Source: a virus (Duplodnaviria > Caudoviricetes). Taken from it: 64,000 nt of DNA. The notes beneath the pieces are model-generated. The model worked only from the letters and a program-made list of their open reading frames with translations, had not been told where the DNA came from and did no database searches. Position 1 is the stretch's first letter. Each line of letters starts with the position of its first letter. The stretch lies in the IMG/VR virus record IMGVR_UViG_3300017914_003245, positions 1 to 64,000 of that record; one strand, given 5' to 3'. A program made the position numbers and the translations under genes. Below are positions 27,548 to 38,329 of this stretch, in pieces.

Positions 27548-28713
27548 TAGAACAATACGCCCTGTCTTGCGGAGTCAAGATAGATAAGCCACATATAGAG
27601 GTATCATATTTTCCCGTTGTACCTCAAAAATACATTACAATTCACTCAAGCAATCGGATACAATCTAAAACATATGATTTATACAAAGATGCTCTAGAAT
27701 TAATAAATCCTTTTTTAGAGAAAGAAAATATCAAAATTTTACAAATAGGAGAGTCTGGAGAAGAAAAGCTGCCTTATTGCCAAAGCCTACTTGGAAGGAC
27801 AAACATAAAGCAGGCATCTTATGTAATAAAAAACAGCATGCTTCATCTAGGCACCGACTCCTTTAGTACTCATGTAGCATCTGGATTTGGAAAAAAAATC
27901 GTCTCTCTTTACTCTACATCCTACAAAGAATGCTGTGGACCTTATTGGGGGAATAAGTCAGATCATATACTATTAGAACCTAACAGAGATGAATATAAAG
28001 CCTCATTCTCTGATACAGAAAACCCAAAAACAATCAATCAAATAATGCCAGAAAAAATTGCTCAAGGAGTATTGAACTTACTGAACCTAAAACATGACCT
28101 AGACAAGGTTGAAACATTTCATGTAGGCCAAATGTATCATGGTCAATCTGTGGCTATTGTTCCAGATCATACTATGCCTGCATCATTCATCAAAGGTCAA
28201 CCAGTAAACATCTGGGGGCATACACACTTCAATGAAGAAAATATTATAAAATGGGCTATCAATAGAAAATCAAATATATTTATAGACAAGCCATTAAATA
28301 CAAAATATTTAAAAACAATCAAAAATAACATACATCAAATAAATTTCTTTCTTAATGATGAAAACGAAAACTGTGAGCAGTTTTTTTCTGATATCAAAAA
28401 GATAGGAATAAGGCTTCAATTAATTTGTGAAGATAAAGAAAAAATAAAAGCAACAAGATTAAAGTTTTTTGACTGGGATGTGCATTTATTAGAAAAGACA
28501 ACAAAAAAAGATCTTGACAATATAGATAAATTATGTGATAATAGTCGTTACAAAAGTTCCCAACTAGTATGTTCAAACAAAAAAATATATGCCTCTAAAG
28601 CGGCATGGAAAAACAACATCGAAGGCGATCATAAAGAAGTTATTGATTGCCCTGAATTCTGGGAAGACTTGGTAAATCTTAAAATTTATAACGACTATAG
28701 AAATGACAAATAA
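27538..28713 (+). CDS. Glycosyltransferase family 9 (heptosyltransferase-like)
   Basis: ILQIG...LLGRTNIKQASYVIKNSMLHLGTDSFSTHVASGFGKKIVSLY is a GT9 signature. Confidence 0.75.
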   Translation: MHLVEQYALSCGVKIDKPHIEVSYFPVVPQKYITIHSSNRIQSKTYDLYKDALELINPFLEKENIKILQIGESGEEKLPYCQSLLGRTNIKQASYVIKNSMLHLGTDSFSTHVASGFGKKIVSLYSTSYKECCGPYWGNKSDHILLEPNRDEYKASFSDTENPKTINQIMPEKIAQGVLNLLNLKHDLDKVETFHVGQMYHGQSVAIVPDHTMPASFIKGQPVNIWGHTHFNEENIIKWAINRKSNIFIDKPLNTKYLKTIKNNIHQINFFLNDENENCEQFFSDIKKIGIRLQLICEDKEKIKATRLKFFDWDVHLLEKTTKKDLDNIDKLCDNSRYKSSQLVCSNKKIYASKAAWKNNIEGDHKEVIDCPEFWEDLVNLKIYNDYRNDK

Positions 28714-29533
28714 ATCAAAATCATCCTCAGATAACTCAGTAACGTATCAATCTGAAACAGAAGTAAAAGAAACAAAAGTAAAATATCCAGCAAATTATGC
28801 TGATGGCCCAGGACGCTTTCAGCGTAATGCATTTGGCTTACTAAGTAACGTAGATTATATATTCTCCGAAGATGGATCTGTTAATTGGAGAAGCATGATT
28901 AAAGATGAGCATTTATTTCCAAACAAGTCATGGTTTGATCTTAGAAAAAAAGATGTCCCAAGAACTATTGACGGATTAAAAGACCACCAATTATTAATTA
29001 AGCTAAGCGGAATTAAAGAGCTTGCCAAGTTACGTGGGTTTACAGACGTTTCATACGAAGTTGTAAAATGCGAGCAAGACCACGTCGCCGCAATTTGCCA
29101 CATGACTTTCTTACCTAATTACGAAACAGGAGGCAAGGCCGTTCATTTTCAAGACATGGCTAACGCAACACTAAACAATACTAGCAGTTTTGCCACTAAA
29201 TTCTTAGAGACAATTGCATGTAATAGAGCTTTCGTTCGTTGCGTTAGAAATTTCCTGAATGTACATATTGTCGGAGATGACGAAATTGACAAATCAAATA
29301 ACCCCGGAGGAGGCAGTCAATCGGTGATATCACCCACACTTACTCCTTATTCAATGGTAGAATCTCTAGCTAAAGATAAATTAAACTGCTCTAACTTCGA
29401 AGAGTTTAAAGTTGTATTAAGGGATTGGTGGAAAAACGAAAAATATCAAAATGACAATGCAAAAAACTGGAATGACTTTTCGGATATTTCTCCAACAGAC
29501 GCAAGGATTTTAATGAAATTAATTAATTCTTAA
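28703..29533 (+). CDS. Putative Rad52/Sak-like single-strand annealing protein
   Basis: LLIKLSGIKELA...DMANA...LETIACNRAFVRCVRNFLNV...DEI resembles the conserved annealase core. Confidence 0.45.
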   Translation: MTNKSKSSSDNSVTYQSETEVKETKVKYPANYADGPGRFQRNAFGLLSNVDYIFSEDGSVNWRSMIKDEHLFPNKSWFDLRKKDVPRTIDGLKDHQLLIKLSGIKELAKLRGFTDVSYEVVKCEQDHVAAICHMTFLPNYETGGKAVHFQDMANATLNNTSSFATKFLETIACNRAFVRCVRNFLNVHIVGDDEIDKSNNPGGGSQSVISPTLTPYSMVESLAKDKLNCSNFEEFKVVLRDWWKNEKYQNDNAKNWNDFSDISPTDARILMKLINS

Positions 29534-29589
29534 CAATTGTAATTTTATTCATCATATCAATATTCCATATATTTCAAAGTATCATACAA

Positions 29590-30717
29590 TTATAATTTAT
29601 TTTTAATTTCTTGTATTTGCTGTTCTAAAAAATCAATTTTCTTTTGTTGTTCTTGTATAGCTCCAACTAGCACAGGAACAAGCTTTTCGTATCTTATTGC
29701 GAGAGTACCATTTTCTCTCTCTTGAACAATTTCAGGACAAATTTCTTTTATTTCTTGAGCAATCAAACCTATGTCCTCTCCTGTATAAGTTGACTGTTTT
29801 TCGTTCCATGTAAAACGCACTGGATTGATCGCCAAAACATCAGACAAACAATTATCTAATTTAGAAATATTATCTTTCAGGTTTTTATCTGATAAACTGT
29901 ATGCAACAATATCGCCCTGAACATATAAATTAGCAGGAACACTGTTAGTAGAATGAGATCGTATATATAAACTACTAGAAACTTGCTCTAAACCATTAAA
30001 AAACGATCCAGGTCTGCCCTGCATTAATCTAACGTTGTAATCTACTTCATTCAATGTTGAGTCTAGTAAATTTTCTATAGAAAAGTCGATATAAGCCCTA
30101 GATGGATTTTTTAGTTCTAAACGTTCGTGAAACGCTGATTTACACCATATGCCTTCGTGACCACCCCCTTCACCTGTTATTATAAGCATGGTGTCATTAT
30201 TGGCATCACCAGGAGAAAAAGTCATTCTACCAGAAGCGCTATCCGTAAACCATCTATGAATCCATTGATTTGTTCCGTGAAAATAAACTCCGCCAATATC
30301 TTTGAAAGCATCCATCATCAACCCTCCGTTAGTTCCGTGGCCTGCCTCGGTCGCTAATTTGATTTGCCCACCTTCATAAGGATATTCGAAAGAAGCTCCT
30401 AAAGTCAACTGACCTTCTTCTATTATAGCTCCTCCACGTTTTATTGTCAGAGGTCCATAACTTACAACACCATTATAACAACCAATATTAAAACTGTGAT
30501 CTTCCACTTCGGTTCCCACTTGGCCAATATAATCTCCGATAACATGACAATTTATTTTATCTTCTATCTCATTTCCAACTCCATTAATAATTGTGCACCT
30601 TAGACTATCAGATATTGTATTTCTATATCCAGATCCAATAAAATTTCCATCATTAAAATAATCCCCTTTGCCTGCCACCGACAAGGGTTTGCTTTCTATA
30701 TTTGTATTACCACTCAT
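29590..30717 (-). CDS. Tail fibre/spike with C-terminal peptidase S74 intramolecular chaperone
   Basis: SDKNLKDNI...NPVRFTW...IGLIAQEI...PEIV...IRYEKLVPVLVGAIQEQ followed by a coiled coil. Confidence 0.92.
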   Translation of the reverse strand: MSGNTNIESKPLSVAGKGDYFNDGNFIGSGYRNTISDSLRCTIINGVGNEIEDKINCHVIGDYIGQVGTEVEDHSFNIGCYNGVVSYGPLTIKRGGAIIEEGQLTLGASFEYPYEGGQIKLATEAGHGTNGGLMMDAFKDIGGVYFHGTNQWIHRWFTDSASGRMTFSPGDANNDTMLIITGEGGGHEGIWCKSAFHERLELKNPSRAYIDFSIENLLDSTLNEVDYNVRLMQGRPGSFFNGLEQVSSSLYIRSHSTNSVPANLYVQGDIVAYSLSDKNLKDNISKLDNCLSDVLAINPVRFTWNEKQSTYTGEDIGLIAQEIKEICPEIVQERENGTLAIRYEKLVPVLVGAIQEQQKKIDFLEQQIQEIKNKL

Positions 30718-30720
30718 TTG

Positions 30721-33700
30721 TTAATAAACTGTTATCCATGGACCAACACCAGATTTGTATACTTGAGTCTGATTACTACTAGTCCTCCTAACGAAATAGT
30801 ACGAACTATCTGAATTGTAATACATCAACGCATAACTAGGAGCATGCTCAAAAAATGTCTCTTGATTAATATACCACCAACCAGACTTTGATCCCCAACT
30901 TGACATATTCAACCACAAACCTCTTTTTGTTTCAGCGTTTGGTAAGTAAGTAGCTCTTCCATACGTAGAATCTTTATTCCAATATACATAACTCCAACCG
31001 TATTCTTGTGAAAAAATCCACTCATCTATTAAGCAAAAACTTTGAACAAAAAATGCATTAGTCATATTATTAATTCCTCTACCAGGAAACCAACTATTTT
31101 CTACCCAATTGGGCAGAGATGAGCTTATGGTCGCCCCGCCCGCATCTTGCCAAAAACCTACAGCCATACTTGAGTGCAAGTAGTCTATCTTAACTCCTCC
31201 GCTCGCTCCATTTTGACTAAGTAAAACAGTTTGCTCTATTTTATTCTTTACCCCGCTTATTATTACTTGAGATGTTCCTCCATTAATTTCATTCTCCACC
31301 CCAGAAAGAATTGCATTTGCGCCTTGTATATTACCAGATTCTTCTGCAGGCATACTATTTTCAAAACCTCCCGCAATAACTGAAAAATTATCCTTACAAA
31401 TATTACCGTAGCCTCCACCTATAGAGGAAAAGTGGGAGTCCATCTGATTTTGAGCTCCTCCACTTATTAAAGAACCTATATTATTTATAGATTCCGAACC
31501 TGAAGCGGGGACAAGAATATTATTATAGCCTCCTCCTACAAATGAACCTAACCCATCTACAGTTTGCCCGCCAGAAGTAATATTGCCTATATAAGAAGAA
31601 AGGCTTCCAGATCCTGCATATCCAAATCCAACATCTATAATTGAATTATTAATAAACGTACCCTTTATTTCCACCTTGCCTTTTGCGCTAGAATATCTTA
31701 TATAAGATAATTTTTCAGATTCAATACTTGAGGAAGCCGCTGGATTTATTCCACCAACATCAAAATAAACTACCGTCGCACCGTTGTCGAAATCTGTGGC
31801 CAGCAAGTATCCAGCAGGGTCATAATCATCGGTTTCTCTTGGCAATTTTTCATCGGAGTCATATAGCCCTCCTTGAAAGTCGGGAGACCTTAATACCCCT
31901 CCTACTGAACCTTCACCTATAGTTAACATACTGGTTATATAACTTTCTTCTGCTAAAAGCAGACCTGTAGCTACGCTAGAGAATTCTGCCCCAAATGGCT
32001 CCCACTTGCTGCTTGTATCTGGAGTTTCTGGATTGGATGATGTTCTTGTGTGACTTGCTACGCATATATAATAACTGCCGTCATATTTGACAACATCACC
32101 TCTGAAATCCGTACCAGAATAATCGACATTATTACCATTATCCTCCCAGTCGCCCCTATATGAAGTAGCTACTCCATCTTTTCTTTTTGCATATTGCCAA
32201 GGATCTGTCCATGTTGCAGTTGCCGCAGTATGATTTTCATAGCTTGTAAATATTGCTGTTGAAGCATATATAAACTCTCCATTTTTCAAGCCTGATGGTA
32301 CAGATAATCCCCAAACGGGATTAGTAGGAAAAACAGGAGCTTTTGAACTGAAATTATATTTATAGCTTGAAGAAGGCTTATGGGCCGAAGTTAAAGCTGT
32401 AGAACTTTTTCTATATAGAGTTACCTCTGCGACAGCGTTAGCTTCTACCTTAAAAGGAGTTTGCCAACTAAAAGTAGTAGATCCCGCAACCTTTTCGCCT
32501 CTACTAGCCCAAAGAAAACCTTTATTGTTCCCCTGAAGATTACTATTGTTTGGATCAGTATACCAAGGAGGAGCAATATTATTGCCAAAGGTAGGAGCAG
32601 AAACGCTTGTAGATGTAGACCTTCTATATATTAGGTCTATAGATGTGCCCGCTATAGATTTGGATATAGTTTGGTCTATTGATGTTGAACCTGTTTCACC
32701 ACCATATTTTTTATATGAAATACTGTATCGAACCTTAGCTTCAAAAACTGAGGCAGGCATAGCACTAAAATCATTATATACTATACTGTAAGTATTTGCA
32801 TTACTATTATTAGTAGATTTTACGCCATTATACGTTATCGTTCCCTCGATAACAGTAACAGAATCAACTTTAAACTGTCCAGCCGCAAGCGTACCTGTTA
32901 CAGGTTTTAATCTTAAAGATCCATCATAAACGATCAATTCCGTGCCACTACCTGTATAATCAAAATCTCCGCTTGCATTTTTTTCTGCAAGAGAGTGACT
33001 AGCATTAGTTAAAACAGGTTGTATAGCATTCGAACCTTCCTCAACCTTGGATATTGTCAAACTATCTGAAACTGTAAAATTATCAGAACTGTTATTCATT
33101 CCAGACTTTGAAGAGGTAGCAGTGATCTTAACTTCGTTAACAGATAGTGCCCAAAAATCATCTCTTTTGATCCACACATCATTTCCAGTATGAGTTGAAG
33201 ACGCGCTTGAATCAGAGGTACTTGATCTAAATAAAGCGAGATTAGAGTTATTTGTGTGAGACCAAATCACATTTTCGCTGATATTTTTCTTTTCTGCAGA
33301 TATTTTAATATAAGTCGGAGTAAGAGAAGCTGCTTGATCTATGTTTCTGCGCTTTGAAAAAATATAAGAATCAGCAAATATACTTAATGATTTAGCCGTA
33401 TCTCCATCTCTAGTTACAGAAAATGTTTGTCTTTTTACAATTGTAAATTCTTTATCGCTAAAAGTTCTACCTGTGATTGTATAATCTATATATATTGTAG
33501 AAGAGCCATCATAAACAGAGGAGTGGTCCGCAACTCTTGCAACTGCGCTTGCTCCAGAAACAGAGCTTATAGCGCCAGGAGATATTTCGTTAATACTACC
33601 TAACTTACTTGCACTAGCTGCAACCTTAAACTTGCCAGCACTTAAAGATCCAGTTGTGAAAGTCAAAGGTGATACACCTTCCCACACCTGTATATCGGTT

Positions 33701-36700
33701 CCAGATCCATCATATTCGCTTCCAGTCGCAGGGGTTTCAGCCTTACCAGCTCTTACATATTCATACCTCTCCTCAAAATGAAAATTATGATTTTCATTAG
33801 ATAATATAGATGTAATAGAATCTGAACCTTCTTCTAAAACAAAAATTGATATTTCATCTGAAATAGAAGGGCTTGTAGGATTGTTATACATATCCTTGCC
33901 TTCTTCTGTAGTAGCTGTAATGGTAGATAAAGCGTGAGTAATAGACTTTGGAGTCGCCCCAGTATTAACAAAATCACTAAACTTAACTTTAACTTTTTGA
34001 TGACCCCCATAACTATTTTGAGTCAATACATTACCATTTTGATCATATAAAGGAACTGAAGAAGAGTTCCATTTAATTCTTTGATTATTTCCTTGAGTGT
34101 CTGCAGTAATTTCTATTTCTGCGAGATCTGAAGTGAAATCCTTTTTAATTTTAAATACCTGAGACGAAGAGCTTAAGCGAATAGATTCACTGCCTTTTCC
34201 ATCAACCAATCGAGTTATAACACACTCCTTCTGAATGTCAGAATGAACACTCCTAGCATACAAAAGTATAGTATCTTGATAAACTTCTGGATTGGTTTGA
34301 ACAAGAGAATGGTAGCTAGCCCTACTATTAGTTACATAAACAGGTAATAATACCGAGGTAGAAAAAACTCCAGGTCCCTGATCAAAAGCCGCTACGTAAT
34401 CATTTGCCCATCTAAAGCCGTAGTCATCCTGATAAGCAGATAACTCTGTTACCTTTAACCATCCGTCGTTAGTTACATTTGGATCGGGATCGTTGGCTAC
34501 AACAAATATATTTTCCTCTGTTCCGTCATGCAACAATCTTACAGCTTTAACCTCTATATCTTCAGCTCCTTTTATTGAAGAATTTCTAAAAGTTATATGT
34601 AGCCTTGCAACTTCATCAGATATTCCATTGCTATCTACAGCGTCAAATCCATCTATGGGTTGAAACCCTTCATCGTTTTCTATATAGGAAAAATATCTAG
34701 GTGAAGGGTTAATTTCGACAAAATCATAATCTTTATTATTTTTTTGCTTCATCCTCCCTCTAAGCAATAATTCTCCTTCCTCAAAAGATAAACTATTCAA
34801 TCCTTGCTGAAACGCAAACGAACCATCTCCACTTAAAACAAAACCTTCCGTGTTTGGGTCTAATAAATCTTTTCCCTCTTGAAACACTAAATCCGTAAAA
34901 TTAGTACTCCCTATAGATCCAGGCTTATTCAAAGGAGTTTTAATTCCATCACCCTGATTAAACACTTCAATTCTGTGACCCTTTATCTGACCAGCAGTTA
35001 TTTTATCTGCACTTAAATCATTTATATGAGCAGTCTTAATCGCTGCTTCTGCAATATTTGCTGTACCTATTAATGCATTAGCAAAAGCTTGGTGAACTGG
35101 AGTTGCAACTCCATTTGTGTTTCTAGCAATAACAAAGTCTCCATCGTCAAAATCTGTAACAGTTAAAGATATAGAATTCTCAGGAACATTGGGGTTTTGA
35201 CTATCAGATATATGTTCATTGCTTTGCAATGGATTGTTAGAGGGATGAGTATCACTAGTTTTGTATTCTAAGCCCTTAAAGTAGACATTTTTAACCCCTT
35301 CCCATGGATCATCATTGTAATTAAACTCTTCTAGTAATCCTTCTGCTTGTCCAGCATAAGCTTGCTCATTCCCATTTATACGAACCGTATATGATGTTAG
35401 ATTTAAATTATTAGATGAATCATTTCTATCCCACCATACATATCCATCAGATGTTGATCCTGCATTTACTATATAACCTGTACCATCATTATATAAAATA
35501 TGCTCATCCCAAGATATAGATCCATCACCACCATCTTTAAAAGGATTATTTGGTACAAGAGCTATACTATCAGCAAAACCAGAAGTCATGCTTATTTCAA
35601 AATCATCAATATCTGTAGCAGTTGCAGTTCCCAATGTCAACTTCAAGCCTTGTATCCCTTCTTCAGAAGAACTTGAATCAGTAAAAGAACTTTTATTCCC
35701 TGCAAAATCTACAGCTCTAACCCAAAAGTTTTTAGTTTCTCTTGTTGTGCCAGGATAAGAAGTTTCAATTGATGGAGCGTTCGCAGGCACATTAAATATA
35801 TTGTCTGCATTAGAAATATTCCTTGCAGGATCTTGTATTTCTCTTGGAATTTCCCCGACACTGTAAGCCACTCCATCAACCCTCCTATAACCAGTGTTTT
35901 CCGCAGAAAGCCACTGTTGCCCATTAAGTTTTAAATATTCATCGTCACTAATCCAGACTTCATAATGATCAACATCATTTTCCGTCCACGTTAACAGCTT
36001 CCCTGGATCATTTGGATCAAAATCAGATTGTGGTGCTCCCCAATTTAAAAAATAATTCTCAAAAGCGGTTGTTCCATTAAATCCTTTAGGAGGACCAGGA
36101 ATAGCGCCTGCAGCAAAAGTAGGATCTGATCTTAATACTTTACCGGGAGGGGCGGTAGTATCAGTAGAGCTTAAATTTCTAGGATAAACAACAACTTTTT
36201 GCAAAGTTTGATTGGGATCACCTTCTCCATAAGGAACATTAAATAATACTCCAGAGCCAAAATCATCAAACGGCAGTATTTTATAATAAAAACCTTCTAT
36301 ATTTTGATCTATATCTGGAGGAGTATCAACTATTTGCGTGATATTATCGCCATAAGTTGCATCTCCAGGGCCCTCAATTCTTTGAACAAAGTACCCACCT
36401 TGAGAGGGGGTTCGTGTATCAGGTAAGCCATTTGAGTCCAAGTGGGTAAATGAACTAAAATCTCTAGATATAACATCCCCATCTTCATCATAAGTTTCTA
36501 CTTCATAATCTGGAATTCTGTATAAGTAAACTTTAGTTGTTTTTTCTTGAAAACCTAGAGCATAATTAAAATTAAATTTTACTTTCGAAGCTTCAGATGT
36601 GCTATCAACTCCTTGACGAAATCCTGCGGATAAAATATTAGGAGGAGGATTATCAACCTCAATCCTCAATGGATCATTAATAACATTTAGTTGATTATCT

Positions 36701-38328
36701 ATTAAAGAGAGTTCAAGACCTATACTTCTTTTACCTCCTTCGCCTCCATACTGAGTTCCGTATAAAGAATTATTCAATATTCTAGTATACTCATAACTAT
36801 TAAATATCGCTGCACTACTTTTCTTATAATTTATAGATAAATTTCCATCTTCATTAACATCAAGTGTTTTAGAACTAACTTCAGGGCTAATACCTCTTAA
36901 AATTTCACCAGAATCCACATCATACAAACTTGCCGAAACGCCAAGTATACTAGGAAAATCTTGGTTATTAAATGAAAACCTATATTGATTTATATCAGTT
37001 TTTTCGCCTAATGCATCAACAAAATCCCAATTAAACAAGAAAGAGTCCCCTTGCTCTGCACCTCTAAAATTACCAATCGATACTTTGCACAAAAAAGGCG
37101 CCAACACTGTACCAAAGTTAGCTCCTTCGGACACATACTTCTCAGACGAGTAACCAAAATTATCCCTAGGCTTAATAGCATAATAATAATTATACCCCCA
37201 CGATTGATTGTTTGAAAAACTATTTCCCTGAACATCTATAACATCAGTAAAAAAAACAGGAACTTCATCAAAAATTTTATTCCAAAAACTTATATCAGAT
37301 AAAAACAAACTAGAAGAGGTGTGAGTTTGAGTTGATTGATAAACAGACCCTTCGTACAAAGCAAAGCTTCCCTGAACATATTCTACCTGATCTTCCCATT
37401 CGTCCGAATCATTCAACTCTTGATAATATTCAAGGCTTGAGTCGAAAGACTCTGGATTATATAATTCATATTTATCAGAAATAGCGATATATCGTACCTC
37501 AGACCCCTTATAATCAAAATCTTCAGAATTCCATGAAAACTCAACAGCGTTTCCGTTTAATGTATGTGCTAGGTTTGATATATCTACAGGAGGATTTGTC
37601 AAATTTAAAATACCAGAAGATCTTCCTCCTTTAGAGTCTACGCAGTCAATATGAACAGAGAGGTTTCTTCCTATATTTAGTTCTTTGAAAGCTTCGATCG
37701 GTATATTTAAATTAAATTCTCTATATTCATTCAATAGAGCCTGAATATTTGCAGACTCAAGAGCTTGTTGCATAAATAAAGAGTTAGAAAGATCTAAAAG
37801 ATTGGAATCGCTATAAACTTTAACCTCAAAATGAGAAAAAAACGAATCCTCGAGAATCTCATAAGTTAAAGAATGCCCCTCCAAAGGGTGTCCCCCTGGA
37901 GGTAAAATCTCCCAAAATATATTAACACCCCTGCCACCAAATATTTGACTAGCAACCAAATCATCTCCAAAATCTTCAGGTGCAGTAGTAACAGTCAAAG
38001 ATTCCTGAACCCTTGAGTCAATAGATTCTATTCTTAAATTATTTAATGTAAAAGTTCCTTCAAAGCCTGGAGGAAAAACAGATACAGTGCCAATAAGAGA
38101 TTCTGATTTTATACCTATATCGCTAACGCAGTATACCCTTATTTCAAATTCTCCGTAATGACCCTTCAAGTCTACGACAAGACTATGTTTTTCTCCTGGA
38201 TTATCAACCAACCCAATCCCTGGGCCCAAACTCTGCCTAAATGAATAGTTTTTAGAGGTGCCATATATTTCATATGACGCATATAAATCTTCTACATTAA
38301 ACTCTACAAGTAAGCTTGAGTATTTCAT
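30721..38328 (-). CDS. Very large tail fibre/host-recognition protein (2535 aa)
   Basis: FN3/Ig-like units, AxIxxAxI...ITAG (gpJ C-terminal-like) motif, CBM-like modules, YadA-like GGGYxN beta-roll repeats and a Trp-rich C-terminus. It lies directly downstream of gpJ. Confidence 0.8.
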   Translation of the reverse strand: MKYSSLLVEFNVEDLYASYEIYGTSKNYSFRQSLGPGIGLVDNPGEKHSLVVDLKGHYGEFEIRVYCVSDIGIKSESLIGTVSVFPPGFEGTFTLNNLRIESIDSRVQESLTVTTAPEDFGDDLVASQIFGGRGVNIFWEILPPGGHPLEGHSLTYEILEDSFFSHFEVKVYSDSNLLDLSNSLFMQQALESANIQALLNEYREFNLNIPIEAFKELNIGRNLSVHIDCVDSKGGRSSGILNLTNPPVDISNLAHTLNGNAVEFSWNSEDFDYKGSEVRYIAISDKYELYNPESFDSSLEYYQELNDSDEWEDQVEYVQGSFALYEGSVYQSTQTHTSSSLFLSDISFWNKIFDEVPVFFTDVIDVQGNSFSNNQSWGYNYYYAIKPRDNFGYSSEKYVSEGANFGTVLAPFLCKVSIGNFRGAEQGDSFLFNWDFVDALGEKTDINQYRFSFNNQDFPSILGVSASLYDVDSGEILRGISPEVSSKTLDVNEDGNLSINYKKSSAAIFNSYEYTRILNNSLYGTQYGGEGGKRSIGLELSLIDNQLNVINDPLRIEVDNPPPNILSAGFRQGVDSTSEASKVKFNFNYALGFQEKTTKVYLYRIPDYEVETYDEDGDVISRDFSSFTHLDSNGLPDTRTPSQGGYFVQRIEGPGDATYGDNITQIVDTPPDIDQNIEGFYYKILPFDDFGSGVLFNVPYGEGDPNQTLQKVVVYPRNLSSTDTTAPPGKVLRSDPTFAAGAIPGPPKGFNGTTAFENYFLNWGAPQSDFDPNDPGKLLTWTENDVDHYEVWISDDEYLKLNGQQWLSAENTGYRRVDGVAYSVGEIPREIQDPARNISNADNIFNVPANAPSIETSYPGTTRETKNFWVRAVDFAGNKSSFTDSSSSEEGIQGLKLTLGTATATDIDDFEISMTSGFADSIALVPNNPFKDGGDGSISWDEHILYNDGTGYIVNAGSTSDGYVWWDRNDSSNNLNLTSYTVRINGNEQAYAGQAEGLLEEFNYNDDPWEGVKNVYFKGLEYKTSDTHPSNNPLQSNEHISDSQNPNVPENSISLTVTDFDDGDFVIARNTNGVATPVHQAFANALIGTANIAEAAIKTAHINDLSADKITAGQIKGHRIEVFNQGDGIKTPLNKPGSIGSTNFTDLVFQEGKDLLDPNTEGFVLSGDGSFAFQQGLNSLSFEEGELLLRGRMKQKNNKDYDFVEINPSPRYFSYIENDEGFQPIDGFDAVDSNGISDEVARLHITFRNSSIKGAEDIEVKAVRLLHDGTEENIFVVANDPDPNVTNDGWLKVTELSAYQDDYGFRWANDYVAAFDQGPGVFSTSVLLPVYVTNSRASYHSLVQTNPEVYQDTILLYARSVHSDIQKECVITRLVDGKGSESIRLSSSSQVFKIKKDFTSDLAEIEITADTQGNNQRIKWNSSSVPLYDQNGNVLTQNSYGGHQKVKVKFSDFVNTGATPKSITHALSTITATTEEGKDMYNNPTSPSISDEISIFVLEEGSDSITSILSNENHNFHFEERYEYVRAGKAETPATGSEYDGSGTDIQVWEGVSPLTFTTGSLSAGKFKVAASASKLGSINEISPGAISSVSGASAVARVADHSSVYDGSSTIYIDYTITGRTFSDKEFTIVKRQTFSVTRDGDTAKSLSIFADSYIFSKRRNIDQAASLTPTYIKISAEKKNISENVIWSHTNNSNLALFRSSTSDSSASSTHTGNDVWIKRDDFWALSVNEVKITATSSKSGMNNSSDNFTVSDSLTISKVEEGSNAIQPVLTNASHSLAEKNASGDFDYTGSGTELIVYDGSLRLKPVTGTLAAGQFKVDSVTVIEGTITYNGVKSTNNSNANTYSIVYNDFSAMPASVFEAKVRYSISYKKYGGETGSTSIDQTISKSIAGTSIDLIYRRSTSTSVSAPTFGNNIAPPWYTDPNNSNLQGNNKGFLWASRGEKVAGSTTFSWQTPFKVEANAVAEVTLYRKSSTALTSAHKPSSSYKYNFSSKAPVFPTNPVWGLSVPSGLKNGEFIYASTAIFTSYENHTAATATWTDPWQYAKRKDGVATSYRGDWEDNGNNVDYSGTDFRGDVVKYDGSYYICVASHTRTSSNPETPDTSSKWEPFGAEFSSVATGLLLAEESYITSMLTIGEGSVGGVLRSPDFQGGLYDSDEKLPRETDDYDPAGYLLATDFDNGATVVYFDVGGINPAASSSIESEKLSYIRYSSAKGKVEIKGTFINNSIIDVGFGYAGSGSLSSYIGNITSGGQTVDGLGSFVGGGYNNILVPASGSESINNIGSLISGGAQNQMDSHFSSIGGGYGNICKDNFSVIAGGFENSMPAEESGNIQGANAILSGVENEINGGTSQVIISGVKNKIEQTVLLSQNGASGGVKIDYLHSSMAVGFWQDAGGATISSSLPNWVENSWFPGRGINNMTNAFFVQSFCLIDEWIFSQEYGWSYVYWNKDSTYGRATYLPNAETKRGLWLNMSSWGSKSGWWYINQETFFEHAPSYALMYYNSDSSYYFVRRTSSNQTQVYKSGVGPWITVY

Positions 38329-38329
38329 T

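Noticed and set aside
30715-30723. Stop-codon readthrough fusing the 2535-aa fibre to the S74 fibre (TAA CAA ATG, same frame)
   Set aside because: UAA is rarely read through, the downstream gene has a normal ATG, and same-frame adjacency is expected by chance.
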